From Candidatus Colwellbacteria bacterium CG10_big_fil_rev_8_21_14_0_10_42_22 (GTDB lineage Bacteria > Patescibacteriota > Minisyncoccia > UBA6257 > Colwellbacteraceae), in assembly GCA_002773725.1 (NCBI GenBank), contig PFAH01000007.1, positions 19,485-83,484 on the forward strand: a stretch of DNA of 64,000 nucleotides, in the 5' to 3' direction. This document shows positions 49,224-58,798 of the stretch, in pieces. The notes under the pieces are model-generated. The model ran no database searches and was not told the origin of the DNA. It was given only the letters and a program-made list of their open reading frames with translations. A program made the position numbers and the translations under genes. Every line of letters begins with the position of its first letter. Position 1 is the first letter of the stretch.

Positions 49224-49559
49224 ATGAAAAAGCTCACCGAAAAATCATACGCTTGGCTACTTGGCCTTAGTGTGGTCCGTGCCCAGACCCTAGAAGAGCC
49301 ACCAGAGAACGTCGCGGACATTAACAGCTTTATTAAGGCCATCGACCTCATTGCAAAATGGATGTATAACATCCTACTTGCCCTGGGTGTTGTGTTCGTC
49401 TTGTATGCCGCCTTTCTTTACATGATTTCACAGGGCAACGAAGAGAGGATGGAAAGAGCTAAGAAGGTTCTGATTTACGCCATTGTAGCTCTCGTAATAG
49501 CTGTTTTGGCTGGAGGAATCTCAAGCGTTGTTGAGGACTTTATAACTGACGTAGAATAA
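49224..49559 (+). CDS. VirB2-like pilin
   Basis: AFLYMISQGNEERMERAKKVLIYAIVAL; closely similar to the second repeat of the upstream gene. Confidence 0.75.
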   Translation: MKKLTEKSYAWLLGLSVVRAQTLEEPPENVADINSFIKAIDLIAKWMYNILLALGVVFVLYAAFLYMISQGNEERMERAKKVLIYAIVALVIAVLAGGISSVVEDFITDVE

Positions 49560-49589
49560 GGTTCTGTAAGAAACTTATTGGTTTATTTT

Positions 49590-49615
49590 AAAGCCCCGCC
49601 GTTCGGCGGGGCTTT
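49590..49615 (+). terminator. Terminator after the pilin cluster
   Basis: AAAGCCCCGCC-GTTC-GGCGGGGCTTT. Confidence 0.75.
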
Positions 49616-49716
49616 GTGTATGTAAATCTTTTCTAAGTAGTTTATGAAAATAAAGGTGGCGAACTCGGGGCAACAAGTGTTTTATACCTGCTACCCCGAG
49701 CCGCCCGGCGACTTGC

Positions 49717-50718
49717 TCATCCCGAAGCCGGGGTGAACACAACGATGGTGGCTTCAAGGCAGTCGCCGATTGCCTTGAAACTGACGGGAGCACCGTATTC
49801 CGGGTCGACCCGCTCACTCCATCCGGGTTCGACTCCGGCGTAGAGCCACCAGTGTTGGGGACTAGCCCCGACCTCGTACTCTACCCCACCGCTCTCGCAG
49901 TGGGGAAGCTGGACCATCCACAGCTCACGTGGATTGACCGTGGTATTCCGGTTCTTGGTCCAGCCACTGGCGTAGAGGTCGCTCGTGAGAGAAACCTCCA
50001 CCGTCCTCACGATGACCATCCCCGGAGGGGTGACCAACGGACGGCTGAACGCGGGGGGTGCCGGGTCGCTCTGGTAGATGGTGATGACGACCTCGTCTGG
50101 TTCGGTCCACTCGATGAAATCCCTTGTGGCCTGGTTGACCGGTGAGGACTCCACCGTCGCGGCAGACAGACCTGCCGCGATTGCCACGAACACCAACGTC
50201 AGTGCCATCATCAAGCTTCTTACGCCCGACTCCGGAGAGGCAATCAAAGCGAGAATTGCCGAGAGGATGGCAATGGCCCACAGCAACGCCGCAGTCACCA
50301 ATCCCTCGATGGGGAAGATGAGTAGCCAGCTCGCCAAAAAGACGAAACTGGCAACGGCGAGGGCAATCCGGAAAGCGATATGCGTCCGGATTGTTCTGTC
50401 GAGTGCCTTCCCCGCCTTCCCCGCTCGTCGGAGTGCAGCAGAGAGAGCGATGAACCGACCCAAGAGCCGGACGCCGAAGATGGCCAACAGAAAGGCGATG
50501 GCAATCAGGGCAATGGTCGCCCAGACAACAATCGCTGGCGTGAGCTGGCCATACCACGAGAGTATGAGGACGCTGGCCCACTCTGCTGCTACCACGGCCA
50601 TGAGGAGCTGGAACCAGCGGTCCACTACCTCCTCGAATCTGAGGACACGGTTGATAAGGTCTTGGGCACCTCCAACCCGCGCCCACCTGGCGAGCGCTAG
50701 CTGGATGCGCGGAGTCAT
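49717..50718 (-). CDS. Hypothetical GC-rich membrane protein
   Basis: About five TM helices followed by a soluble domain; coupled to the upstream ORF; GGAGG SD. Confidence 0.6.
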   Translation of the reverse strand: MTPRIQLALARWARVGGAQDLINRVLRFEEVVDRWFQLLMAVVAAEWASVLILSWYGQLTPAIVVWATIALIAIAFLLAIFGVRLLGRFIALSAALRRAGKAGKALDRTIRTHIAFRIALAVASFVFLASWLLIFPIEGLVTAALLWAIAILSAILALIASPESGVRSLMMALTLVFVAIAAGLSAATVESSPVNQATRDFIEWTEPDEVVITIYQSDPAPPAFSRPLVTPPGMVIVRTVEVSLTSDLYASGWTKNRNTTVNPRELWMVQLPHCESGGVEYEVGASPQHWWLYAGVEPGWSERVDPEYGAPVSFKAIGDCLEATIVVFTPASG

Positions 50719-51101
50719 GCCCTACCTCCTCTCAGTTCCGGGTCATCGGGCGCCGGGAGCAATCCCGGGAAGAACGCGTCGAGGAAGCCCTCGACGAGCC
50801 CCCCGATACCCGCGTCGGGTGCTGGCTCCGGGAACAGATCCGGATGCGCCTCGATGAGACGCACCATCTCCGGCAAGGTCATCCTTGCCGTCAAGGCAAC
50901 ATCGATCGCCTTGGCGAGATCCCCCGCCTCGACGGCTGTACTGATTGCCAACATGGCATCGGCGCCGGTTTTTGCCACCAACCCACGAGGGCTGGTGGGA
51001 CCGGCGAAGAAGGACTCGACCCGCTTGAGGGCCGCTTCCTCTATCTTGTCGCGAACCCTCTCTCCGAGGGAACGACGGTTGTTTGTGTTCCTCGTTGTCA
51101 T
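50715..51101 (-). CDS. Hypothetical protein
   Basis: SD AAGGAG; upstream TTGACA-17-TATGTT promoter (51228-51256). Confidence 0.6.
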   Translation of the reverse strand: MTTRNTNNRRSLGERVRDKIEEAALKRVESFFAGPTSPRGLVAKTGADAMLAISTAVEAGDLAKAIDVALTARMTLPEMVRLIEAHPDLFPEPAPDAGIGGLVEGFLDAFFPGLLPAPDDPELRGGRA

Positions 51102-51331
51102 CGCAACCTTCTCCTTTGTCTTTGTCGTTTCTTTGTCAGAAATATGATCGCGATGACGTCTCCGCCTCGCTGATTGTGAAGAACAGTATGAAAATCGGCT
51201 TCTATCCGTATCTTTAAATACACGCGAAACATACCATAATACTGGTGAAATGTCAATGTATGCATGCTTATAAAGAACTTGAGCCCGTAACTAGCTGTTA
51301 CGGGCTCATTTTGGCTTTATCTACTCGAGTT

Positions 51332-51985
51332 TCAACGTCGAATACGTCTATACCAACGATTTTCTCGTCGGAGACGTTCTTCCTCCTCTCGAGCTTCTCG
51401 CTCGGCGACAATCTTGTCTGTGTGAGCATCAAGCCGTGTTGCCCACTCATCCAACTTGGATCCCATTCTTTCCCTGAGGGAAGAAAGGCGTTCTCCAAGT
51501 GCATTCCAATCGATTTCGACACGTTGTTCCGGAGGAAAGGCCCTTTGGAACTGTTCGTCGAGCGCTTTGTGTGCGTCGATAACGGCCTGCACTTGTGCCA
51601 GTGCCTCATTTGTGTCGCCACCATCACGACCAACCATATCAACGTGTTCGCGTGCCCACTTCTTTACTTTTGGCATCCAATGAGCATGTGCTCGAGGATT
51701 GCCATCGAAGACGCCTTGGCGAGCGTACTCCAGAAAGTCAAAGAAGCTGTCCGCCAAAGGTGAACGATCACGCATCGCCAGCTGAGCGTAGGCGTTAACT
51801 ACTCCGGTGAAGGTGTCGGCCCCTGGACCCTTCATCCAATCAGGCAACATCTCGGCGAGTTTGTGAGACATTCCTTCTGCGCCAAGCCGAAAAGGCCTTT
51901 CGCCAAAACCCCGAGCAGTAGAGAAGACGAAGTCCTTCGGATCTATATCACGGAGGACCACCGCGAGTTTATCAAACCAATCCAT
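51332..51985 (-). CDS. Hypothetical protein with C-terminal coiled coil
   Basis: 217-aa ORF followed by hairpin TGAGCCCGTAAC...GTTACGGGCTCA (51280-51308). Confidence 0.6.
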   Translation of the reverse strand: MDWFDKLAVVLRDIDPKDFVFSTARGFGERPFRLGAEGMSHKLAEMLPDWMKGPGADTFTGVVNAYAQLAMRDRSPLADSFFDFLEYARQGVFDGNPRAHAHWMPKVKKWAREHVDMVGRDGGDTNEALAQVQAVIDAHKALDEQFQRAFPPEQRVEIDWNALGERLSSLRERMGSKLDEWATRLDAHTDKIVAEREAREEEERLRRENRWYRRIRR

Positions 51986-52031
51986 TTCACGATTCCCTTC
52001 TAATCGTATGTGTTCTATTTCAATGATGCGG

Positions 52032-52115
52032 TGGGCAGGAGAGGACTCGAACCTCCAAGCCGATTAAGGCACTAGGTCCTAAACCTAGCGTGTTTACCAA
52101 TTTCACCACCTGCCC
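52032..52115 (-). tRNA. tRNA-Leu(TAG)
   Basis: GGGCAGGTGGTGAAATTGGTAAAC...CTAGG-TTTAGGA-CCTAG, variable arm, GTTCGAGTCC. Confidence 0.95.
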
Positions 52116-52186
52116 TTCGGTTTCACTCAGGATAAATCCATAGGTAATATTAGCTACATTATTAAAAGCTTTATCTAATTACAATA

Positions 52187-53083
52187 CTATTCTCGTCTTT
52201 TGCCATGGAAGGCCTTATGAACGTCTCGAAGTTCTTTATTGGTAACGTGGGTATAAATTTGGGTGGTTGAGATATTGCTGTGCCCCAAGAGCTCCTGAAC
52301 GCTTCGAAGGTCCGCACCATTCATTAATAAATCGGTGGCAAATTGGTGGCGGAGCTGATGAGGAGTTACCTTATCTGGAATACCCGCTTCACGAGTGTAT
52401 TTATTAACCACCCTTTGAACTGTACGAGGATTAATCCGTCCTAAGACCTTAGGGCTTTTTCCGTGCGAGATGCTTGTAAAAAGAGCGCTTTCGGCATCCT
52501 GTCTTTTGTCCAAGTATTTTTTTATGACCTCACGAGCTCTATCAGAGAGAAACACCACCCGCACCTTTTCGCCCTTCCCCCTAACCGCTATTTCACCTCT
52601 TTGGATATTAATAAACCTATCCAGCCCACAAAGCTCTGACACTCGAAGACCTGTAGAAAAAAGAGTTTCTAGAATAGCCCTGTCTCGTAGTGCTTTAAGT
52701 CCGCTACCCTTTGGTGCTGATAAAAGACGTTCAATATCTCCATACTCCACTATTTTTATTTGCCTCGTCGGCACCTTGGGAAGTTCCACTCTGTCGGGAA
52801 GAACTGTTTTGTGCCCCTCGCGATTTAGATATTTAAGGAAATTCCTAATGACTATCACATGATATGCCTGTGTTTTCTTCTTAATTCCAGTCGAAGAGCT
52901 AGCCAGATATACTCTGAAATTATGAATAGATTTTTCTGTGATATCGCTTAGCGTTTTAAGCCCTTCTTTCTCCACAAAGCGCCTTAAACACCTTTCGTAG
53001 TTATTTCTAGTCGCCGGTGAGCGGTTTTTCTCAACATCTAAATAGTCCAAATATTCATTTATAAGTGGGTTTATCTCAGCCAT
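52187..53083 (-). CDS. XerC/XerD-type tyrosine recombinase
   Basis: RDRAILETLFSTGLRVSEL, GKGEKVR, TPHQLRHQFAT, LLGHSNISTTQIY. Confidence 0.92.
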   Translation of the reverse strand: MAEINPLINEYLDYLDVEKNRSPATRNNYERCLRRFVEKEGLKTLSDITEKSIHNFRVYLASSSTGIKKKTQAYHVIVIRNFLKYLNREGHKTVLPDRVELPKVPTRQIKIVEYGDIERLLSAPKGSGLKALRDRAILETLFSTGLRVSELCGLDRFINIQRGEIAVRGKGEKVRVVFLSDRAREVIKKYLDKRQDAESALFTSISHGKSPKVLGRINPRTVQRVVNKYTREAGIPDKVTPHQLRHQFATDLLMNGADLRSVQELLGHSNISTTQIYTHVTNKELRDVHKAFHGKRRE

Positions 53084-53196
53084 GAAAAAGATCGGTTAAG
53101 CGACAAATTCTTTTTGTTGCGTAATCCATTATAGATTTTACGACATTTTTGACCTTTACAAAAAGGTCGCCTTCAGCTATTATCCTGTTGCTCGAG

Positions 53197-53463
53197 ATGC
53201 TTACTCAGCGAAAAAAGAAAAACGTCATTAAAGAGCACCAGCTCCACGAGACAGATACCGGCTCAGCCGGTATTCAAATCGCGCTTTCCACAAAGCGTAT
53301 TAATGAGTTGGCTGCCCATTTAAAAAAACACCCAAAAGATAAGCACTCGCGTAGAGGTCTTTTGGGGATGGTTAACAGGCGTCGAAAACTCTTGAAATAT
53401 CTTTCAGAGAAATCGCCGACCAACTATAAAAAACTGATTAAGAAGCTCGGGCTTAAAAAATAA
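53197..53463 (+). CDS. rpsO: 30S ribosomal protein S15
   Basis: [22 protein letters not shown]. Confidence 0.96.
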   Translation: MLTQRKKKNVIKEHQLHETDTGSAGIQIALSTKRINELAAHLKKHPKDKHSRRGLLGMVNRRRKLLKYLSEKSPTNYKKLIKKLGLKK

Positions 53464-53474
53464 GTCCAAAAAAA

Positions 53475-54008
53475 ATGATAATACCTAACAAAGAACAGAG
53501 AGTCGGTGTTTTTATTGATATCCAAAATCTCTATCATAGCGCTAAAAATCTATATGGAAGCAGGGTCAATTTTGGTGAGTTATTAAATCGCCTAACCAAC
53601 GACAGGCGTTTAGTAAGGGCATTCGCCTATGTTGTCAGAAGCGATCCATCAACGGGGGAAGACGCTTTTTTTGAAGCCCTTGAAAAGGCGGGCATTGAGT
53701 TGAGGAGCAAAGACATCCAAATTTTTTCGAGCGGAGCCAAAAAGGCGGACTGGGACGTAGGTATCGCAGTTGACGCTATTCGAATGGCGAACATGTTCGA
53801 CGTTGTCATATTGGTTTCCGGGGACGGAGATTTTGTGCCTGCGGTTAAATACCTCCAGTGGGGCTTGGGTAAGGGCGTCGAAGTAGCGGCGTTTGGGAAA
53901 ACCACTAACGCCGGTTTGAGAGAAGCGGCCGATACATTCATCGACCTTGATACAATGCCCAAAATTATTTTTAAAGCACCAATAAGCAAAACAACTAAAA
54001 AGAAATAA
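53475..54008 (+). CDS. NYN-domain (LabA/DUF88) protein
   Basis: VFIDIQNLYH, KADWDVGIAVD, LVSGDGDFVP. Confidence 0.9.
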   Translation: MIIPNKEQRVGVFIDIQNLYHSAKNLYGSRVNFGELLNRLTNDRRLVRAFAYVVRSDPSTGEDAFFEALEKAGIELRSKDIQIFSSGAKKADWDVGIAVDAIRMANMFDVVILVSGDGDFVPAVKYLQWGLGKGVEVAAFGKTTNAGLREAADTFIDLDTMPKIIFKAPISKTTKKK

Positions 54009-54017
54009 GCATAAATA

Positions 54018-56120
54018 ATGGATTTAAACAGAAAGAAGTTTACAAAAGAGATTGCGGGTAGAGAGCTTGTCTTAGAAGTGTCGGGATTAGCCGGCCAAAC
54101 AAACGGAGCGGTCATTGGAACCTACGGAGAGACGACCGTTTTGGTGACGGTGGTTATGAGCAAAGACAATCAAGACCTGGATTATTTACCCCTATCTGTA
54201 GATTATGAGGAAAAGAATTATGCTGCCGGTAAAATTTTGGGTGGCAGATTTATGAAGCGAGAAGGCAGGCCTTCCGAAGAAGCGGTTTTGTCTGGGCGTT
54301 TGGTGGATAGAGTAATCAGACCCCTTTTCAACAAGCGTATTAGGCGAGGGATACAAGTGGTAGCAACTATTCTCTCTTATGACGGAGAAAACGACCCCGA
54401 TTTTGTGACCCTAATGACCGCCTCTGCCGCTCTTTCAATATCTGATATTCCATGGGACGGACCAGTCGCCGGCATCAGAATCGCCAAACTCGGCGAAGAG
54501 TTCGTAATCAACCCAGTTAATAGCCAGATTGAAATTATCCCCGGTCAATTTGATGCCTTCATTGCCGGTACCAAAGACAGAGTCAATATGATAGAGCTGG
54601 GTGGCAACGAAACAAAAGAAGAAGATGTGCTTAAGGCATGCGAAATAGCTCTAGAGCACTTTAAGGAGCTAACTGTTTTTCAACAAGAACTGATGTCTGC
54701 GGTTGGTAAGGAAAAAATTGAGGTTAAGCTCGACTTACCTTCAGAAAAACTTGTGGAGACAGCTAAGGAATTCCTAAAAGACAAATTAGATGAAGCCGCT
54801 TATGTAGATGACAAGAAGTTAATGTCAGATAATTTAGCCAAGTTAAAATTGGACCTAGAAGAACATCTTATTAGCGCTGGCTACGAAGAGAAAGAATTAA
54901 AATATGCGGAATATATATTGGAAGAAGAACTCGATAGAGTAGTTCATAAAAATGCGCTCGAAAATGATAGACGCCCTGATGGGCGGGCCTTTGATGAAGT
55001 GAGACCTCTATATTCGGAGATTTCGCTTTTCCCAAGAATGCATGGATCGGGTCTTTTTGCTCGAGGCGACACCCAAGCATTAGCAGTTACAACCTTAGGT
55101 CCTCCCGGAGACGAGCAACTAATGGAAACCATTGAGTTTTCCGGAAAAAGAAGATTTTTACTTCACTATAATTTTCCACCCTTCTCTGTCGGTGAGGCCA
55201 GGTCGTTTCGTGGACCGGGTAGGAGAGATATCGGACATGGCGCTTTGGCAAAGAAAGCTCTTGAGCCCTTAGTGCCTTCTAAAGATCAATTCCCCTATAC
55301 CATCAGAGTTGTCTCAGAAATACTCTCATCAAACGGCTCATCTTCTATGGCTACTGTTTCAGCTGCTAGCATGAGCATGATGGATGCGGGGATTCCCCTT
55401 AAAGAGCCCGCTGCTGGTATAGCTATGGGGCTTATATTAGGAGGGGACGGATCCTATAAGATATTGACTGACATTCAAGGCCCCGAAGATCATTATGGAG
55501 ACATGGACTTTAAGGTTGCCGGCACCAAAAGCGGCGTAAACGCAGTTCAGTTGGACGTAAAAATAGACGGACTTACCCCCGAAATAATTAGAGAGACGCT
55601 CGAAAGGGCTCGAGCAGCCAGATTGCACATCTTAGATTTCACAGCTGGCGTTATAGAAAAGCCAAGAGCAGAGCTTTCTTCGTATGCTCCGCGAATTCTG
55701 ACTACTCAAATTAGTCCAGATAAGATAGGAGAGCTGATTGGTCCTGGAGGGAAGGTGATAAACGGCCTCATAGAGGAAACGGGCGTTGATTCTATAGACA
55801 TAGACGACGATGGCACCGTTTTTATTACTTCTGCAGACGCAAATAAAGCCGAAGATGCGCTGGCTAAAGTAGAAGCCATGATGAAAGAATTCGTAATAGG
55901 TGAAATAGTAGAAGGCAAAGTGGCCAAAATATTAGAGTTTGGAGCAATAGTAGAATTTCCGGGTGGCAAGTCGGGTATGATTCACGTATCCGAGCTTAAA
56001 GAAGGTTTTGTTAAGAATGTTGAGGACGTTGTTAAAGTGGGGGATCTTGTTAAAGCAAAGATAATCGGTATGGAAAACGGGCGAACAGCCCTTTCCATCA
56101 AACAGCTTCCAAAGGATTAA
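54018..56120 (+). CDS. pnp: Polyribonucleotide nucleotidyltransferase
   Basis: HGSGLFARGDTQ, RRDIGHGALA, SNGSSSMA, GDMDFKVAG; KH and S1 domains. Confidence 0.97.
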   Translation: MDLNRKKFTKEIAGRELVLEVSGLAGQTNGAVIGTYGETTVLVTVVMSKDNQDLDYLPLSVDYEEKNYAAGKILGGRFMKREGRPSEEAVLSGRLVDRVIRPLFNKRIRRGIQVVATILSYDGENDPDFVTLMTASAALSISDIPWDGPVAGIRIAKLGEEFVINPVNSQIEIIPGQFDAFIAGTKDRVNMIELGGNETKEEDVLKACEIALEHFKELTVFQQELMSAVGKEKIEVKLDLPSEKLVETAKEFLKDKLDEAAYVDDKKLMSDNLAKLKLDLEEHLISAGYEEKELKYAEYILEEELDRVVHKNALENDRRPDGRAFDEVRPLYSEISLFPRMHGSGLFARGDTQALAVTTLGPPGDEQLMETIEFSGKRRFLLHYNFPPFSVGEARSFRGPGRRDIGHGALAKKALEPLVPSKDQFPYTIRVVSEILSSNGSSSMATVSAASMSMMDAGIPLKEPAAGIAMGLILGGDGSYKILTDIQGPEDHYGDMDFKVAGTKSGVNAVQLDVKIDGLTPEIIRETLERARAARLHILDFTAGVIEKPRAELSSYAPRILTTQISPDKIGELIGPGGKVINGLIEETGVDSIDIDDDGTVFITSADANKAEDALAKVEAMMKEFVIGEIVEGKVAKILEFGAIVEFPGGKSGMIHVSELKEGFVKNVEDVVKVGDLVKAKIIGMENGRTALSIKQLPKD

Positions 56121-56196
56121 GAATCCTTTAATTAAAAGCGTTCATTATCCACACCGCCTGAAGAGAGGCGAACTTCTGTGTGGTAATATATCTTAT

Positions 56197-57387
56197 ATGG
56201 ATAACACTACAGGCCAATTCGGAGCCGGGGGTTCTGCTCCCGAAAATCAAGGCCAAGAAAAGGTGAACCCGATGTCGCCTAGTTTTGCTTCTTCTGCTCC
56301 ACCGACTCCGACCCCTCCTCCACCGATTACCCCCCCTACTGGAGGATACCCCACTCCAACTTCGCCACCTGTGCCAACCGCCCCCTCCCCTTCACCGCCT
56401 AGCGCTTCCGCGCCATCGCCGGTACCACCACCTCCACCCAAAGAAGTGAACATAAGAACTATGATGAGCGATCAAGAGTCCTTGAAATCAAGCGGAGGCG
56501 TTGGAATTACATCGGCTAGTGTTAAGCCCCCCACTCCGATAGCGATAGATGCTAAAAAAGTGGATTCTGCAACTAAGCCAATCAAAAAACAGCTATCAGG
56601 CAACAAAAAAGCCCTCTTAATAGGATTGGGTATTGTGGTTTTCCTAGGAATTGCAGCGGCGGCTGTGGTTAATTTTGTTTTGCCGACATTTTTCTCAAAT
56701 GAAGTAGGTGTAACAGAACCAGAAGAAGCGCCCTTAGTAGAAGAAGAGCCCACCTTACCAACGCCGACTATTCCAACCTATGTACACCAAAGCTATTTTA
56801 TTGAACCAGTCGACTCGGAGGTTGAGTTAATGACAAAGGAGGTTAACACAGCTGGTATTCAAGACGCTCTAACTTTGATTGCGGCAGATGTAGTCGATGA
56901 AGAAAAAACCTTAACCGAATTTTCCGTGACAACTGGCGGAGAGGGCATACCCGTATCTGCCAGGGAGTATATAGAAGCGCTTTTACCCGATATAACAGTA
57001 GCTGTTCCACTAGAAGATGACTTCACTGGCTTTTTCTACAGTGATGGAGAAAATGTTTGGCCGGGATATATCTTGTCTCTCAACAGTGGAGAGGATGACA
57101 TTAATCTTTTAAGACAAGTCCTGAATGGAGATATCGAGAATTCGGAATTTCTTAAAAATTTGTTCCTAGAAGATCAGGGTGCCCCAAAAACAGAAACCTT
57201 CAATGACGGAAGCGCAGAGGGCGACCTCACGGGTGTACGCTATTTGTCGTACGAGAAAGGGGGTTCTATTAACTATGGATGGAAAGAAGGAAAATTAGTG
57301 ATAAGCACCTCCTATGCTGGTTTTAAGAAAGTATCAACTCTCGTGGGCGAGAAGATTGCTACCATAGAGAACGACGTTACTCCGTAG
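56197..57387 (+). CDS. Hypothetical single-TM protein with Pro-rich N-terminus
   Basis: Poly-Pro region, one TM helix, acidic C-terminal domain. Confidence 0.7.
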   Translation: MDNTTGQFGAGGSAPENQGQEKVNPMSPSFASSAPPTPTPPPPITPPTGGYPTPTSPPVPTAPSPSPPSASAPSPVPPPPPKEVNIRTMMSDQESLKSSGGVGITSASVKPPTPIAIDAKKVDSATKPIKKQLSGNKKALLIGLGIVVFLGIAAAAVVNFVLPTFFSNEVGVTEPEEAPLVEEEPTLPTPTIPTYVHQSYFIEPVDSEVELMTKEVNTAGIQDALTLIAADVVDEEKTLTEFSVTTGGEGIPVSAREYIEALLPDITVAVPLEDDFTGFFYSDGENVWPGYILSLNSGEDDINLLRQVLNGDIENSEFLKNLFLEDQGAPKTETFNDGSAEGDLTGVRYLSYEKGGSINYGWKEGKLVISTSYAGFKKVSTLVGEKIATIENDVTP

Positions 57388-57487
57388 GATCCGGTAGGAT
57401 AAGGACTTGATTTTTAGGAGGACATTATTTAAACTTGACTTGACTTGATAAAAGCCCGCCTAAAGCGGGCTTTAAAAAAAACAAAAT

Positions 57488-58798
57488 ATGGATTTAAAAG
57501 CTATCATTCAAGCAGTTGACCAAATCGCAGATGAAAAGGGCATAGACCCAAAAAACGTTATAGGCGCAATTGAAAACTCGTTAGCGGCCGCCTATAGGCG
57601 CGAATATCTAGATAGGGGTGCTAATGTCAGAGCGGAGCTTGACCAAAAAACCGGCGAAGTTAGGTTCTTTAGGATAAAAGAGGTTGTCGACGAGACAACC
57701 GTACGAATGGAAGAAGATGACGAGTTTCCACAGGGGGAAGAAAAAGTTGAAGAGAAGCAAAGCGAAGAGGGTGAAAACGAAGAGGGGCGCCTTCCTCGTT
57801 ACAATGAAGAAAGACACATTTTACTCGAAGAAGCCAAAAAAGAGAAAAAAGACGTTCAGTTAGGAGATGAGATTACGACACAGCTTCCTGCTCAGACCGA
57901 CTTCGGGCGCATAGCTGCTCAAAATGCGAAACAAGTTATCTTACAAAATCTTCGTGAGGCAGAAAGAGAATCAATATCAGACGAATTCAAAAATAAAGAG
58001 GGCGCTGTTATTAGTGGAGTAATTCAGCGTTTTGAGAGGGGCAATGTCTATATAGACCTTGGCAGAACCAGCGCAGTTATGTTTGCCAACGAATCTATTC
58101 CGGGAGAGCACTATCGAGTGGGGGACAGATATAGATTCTATATTCTAGCTGTTCAGAAAGAGTTTAAGGGCCCAGGTACGGGTATTGTATTGTCTAGGTC
58201 CCATCCTGATTTTGTGGGAGAACTTTTTGCTATGGAGATTCCGGAAATTGCAGACGGCGTGGTAGAAATCAAAGCCATTGTTAGAGAGCCCGGCTCAAGA
58301 ACTAAGATAGCAGTAAACTCCAATATGGAAGAAATAGACCCCGTTGGTAGTTGTGTCGGCCAAAGGGGCACTCGTATTATGGCTATTTCCAATGAATTAG
58401 GTCAGGAAAAGATAGATGTGGTTGAATGGAGCGAAGATATGGAAGAACTTGTCGCCAACGCCTTGAGTCCAGCCAAAATAAGATCCGTAGAAGTTAATAA
58501 TAATCAAGAAGCCAAAGTTTTGGTTGCAGACGATCAATTAAGTTTGGCGATTGGCAGAGGAGGGCAGAATGTCCGATTAGCCGCTAAGCTTACAAATCTT
58601 AAGATTGACGTTAGAAGCCAAGCGCGTCCCGATGAAGAGCTTGAGGGGGGTGTGGCCGACGTAGAGGACGAAACATCCGAAGAGGGGGATGAAAATATTC
58701 CACAGGAAGATCCAAAAGAAGAAATAAAAAAAGAAGAAAAACCAACCTCCGCCAAGAACGGAGAAAAAGATGTCGACAAAAAAAGAATAGATAAATAA
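57488..58798 (+). CDS. nusA: Transcription factor NusA
   Basis: FGRIAAQNAKQ, REPGSRTKIAV, LSLAIGRGGQNVRLA. Confidence 0.96.
   Translation: MDLKAIIQAVDQIADEKGIDPKNVIGAIENSLAAAYRREYLDRGANVRAELDQKTGEVRFFRIKEVVDETTVRMEEDDEFPQGEEKVEEKQSEEGENEEGRLPRYNEERHILLEEAKKEKKDVQLGDEITTQLPAQTDFGRIAAQNAKQVILQNLREAERESISDEFKNKEGAVISGVIQRFERGNVYIDLGRTSAVMFANESIPGEHYRVGDRYRFYILAVQKEFKGPGTGIVLSRSHPDFVGELFAMEIPEIADGVVEIKAIVREPGSRTKIAVNSNMEEIDPVGSCVGQRGTRIMAISNELGQEKIDVVEWSEDMEELVANALSPAKIRSVEVNNNQEAKVLVADDQLSLAIGRGGQNVRLAAKLTNLKIDVRSQARPDEELEGGVADVEDETSEEGDENIPQEDPKEEIKKEEKPTSAKNGEKDVDKKRIDK

Noticed and set aside
52187-53083. Prophage or island integrase for the tRNA-Leu region
   Set aside because: Size and motifs fit housekeeping XerC/D, it lies 5' of the tRNA, and I found no duplicated tRNA-Leu end.
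56145-56153. Perfect DnaA box TTATCCACA as an origin
   Set aside because: Single isolated box; at most regulatory.
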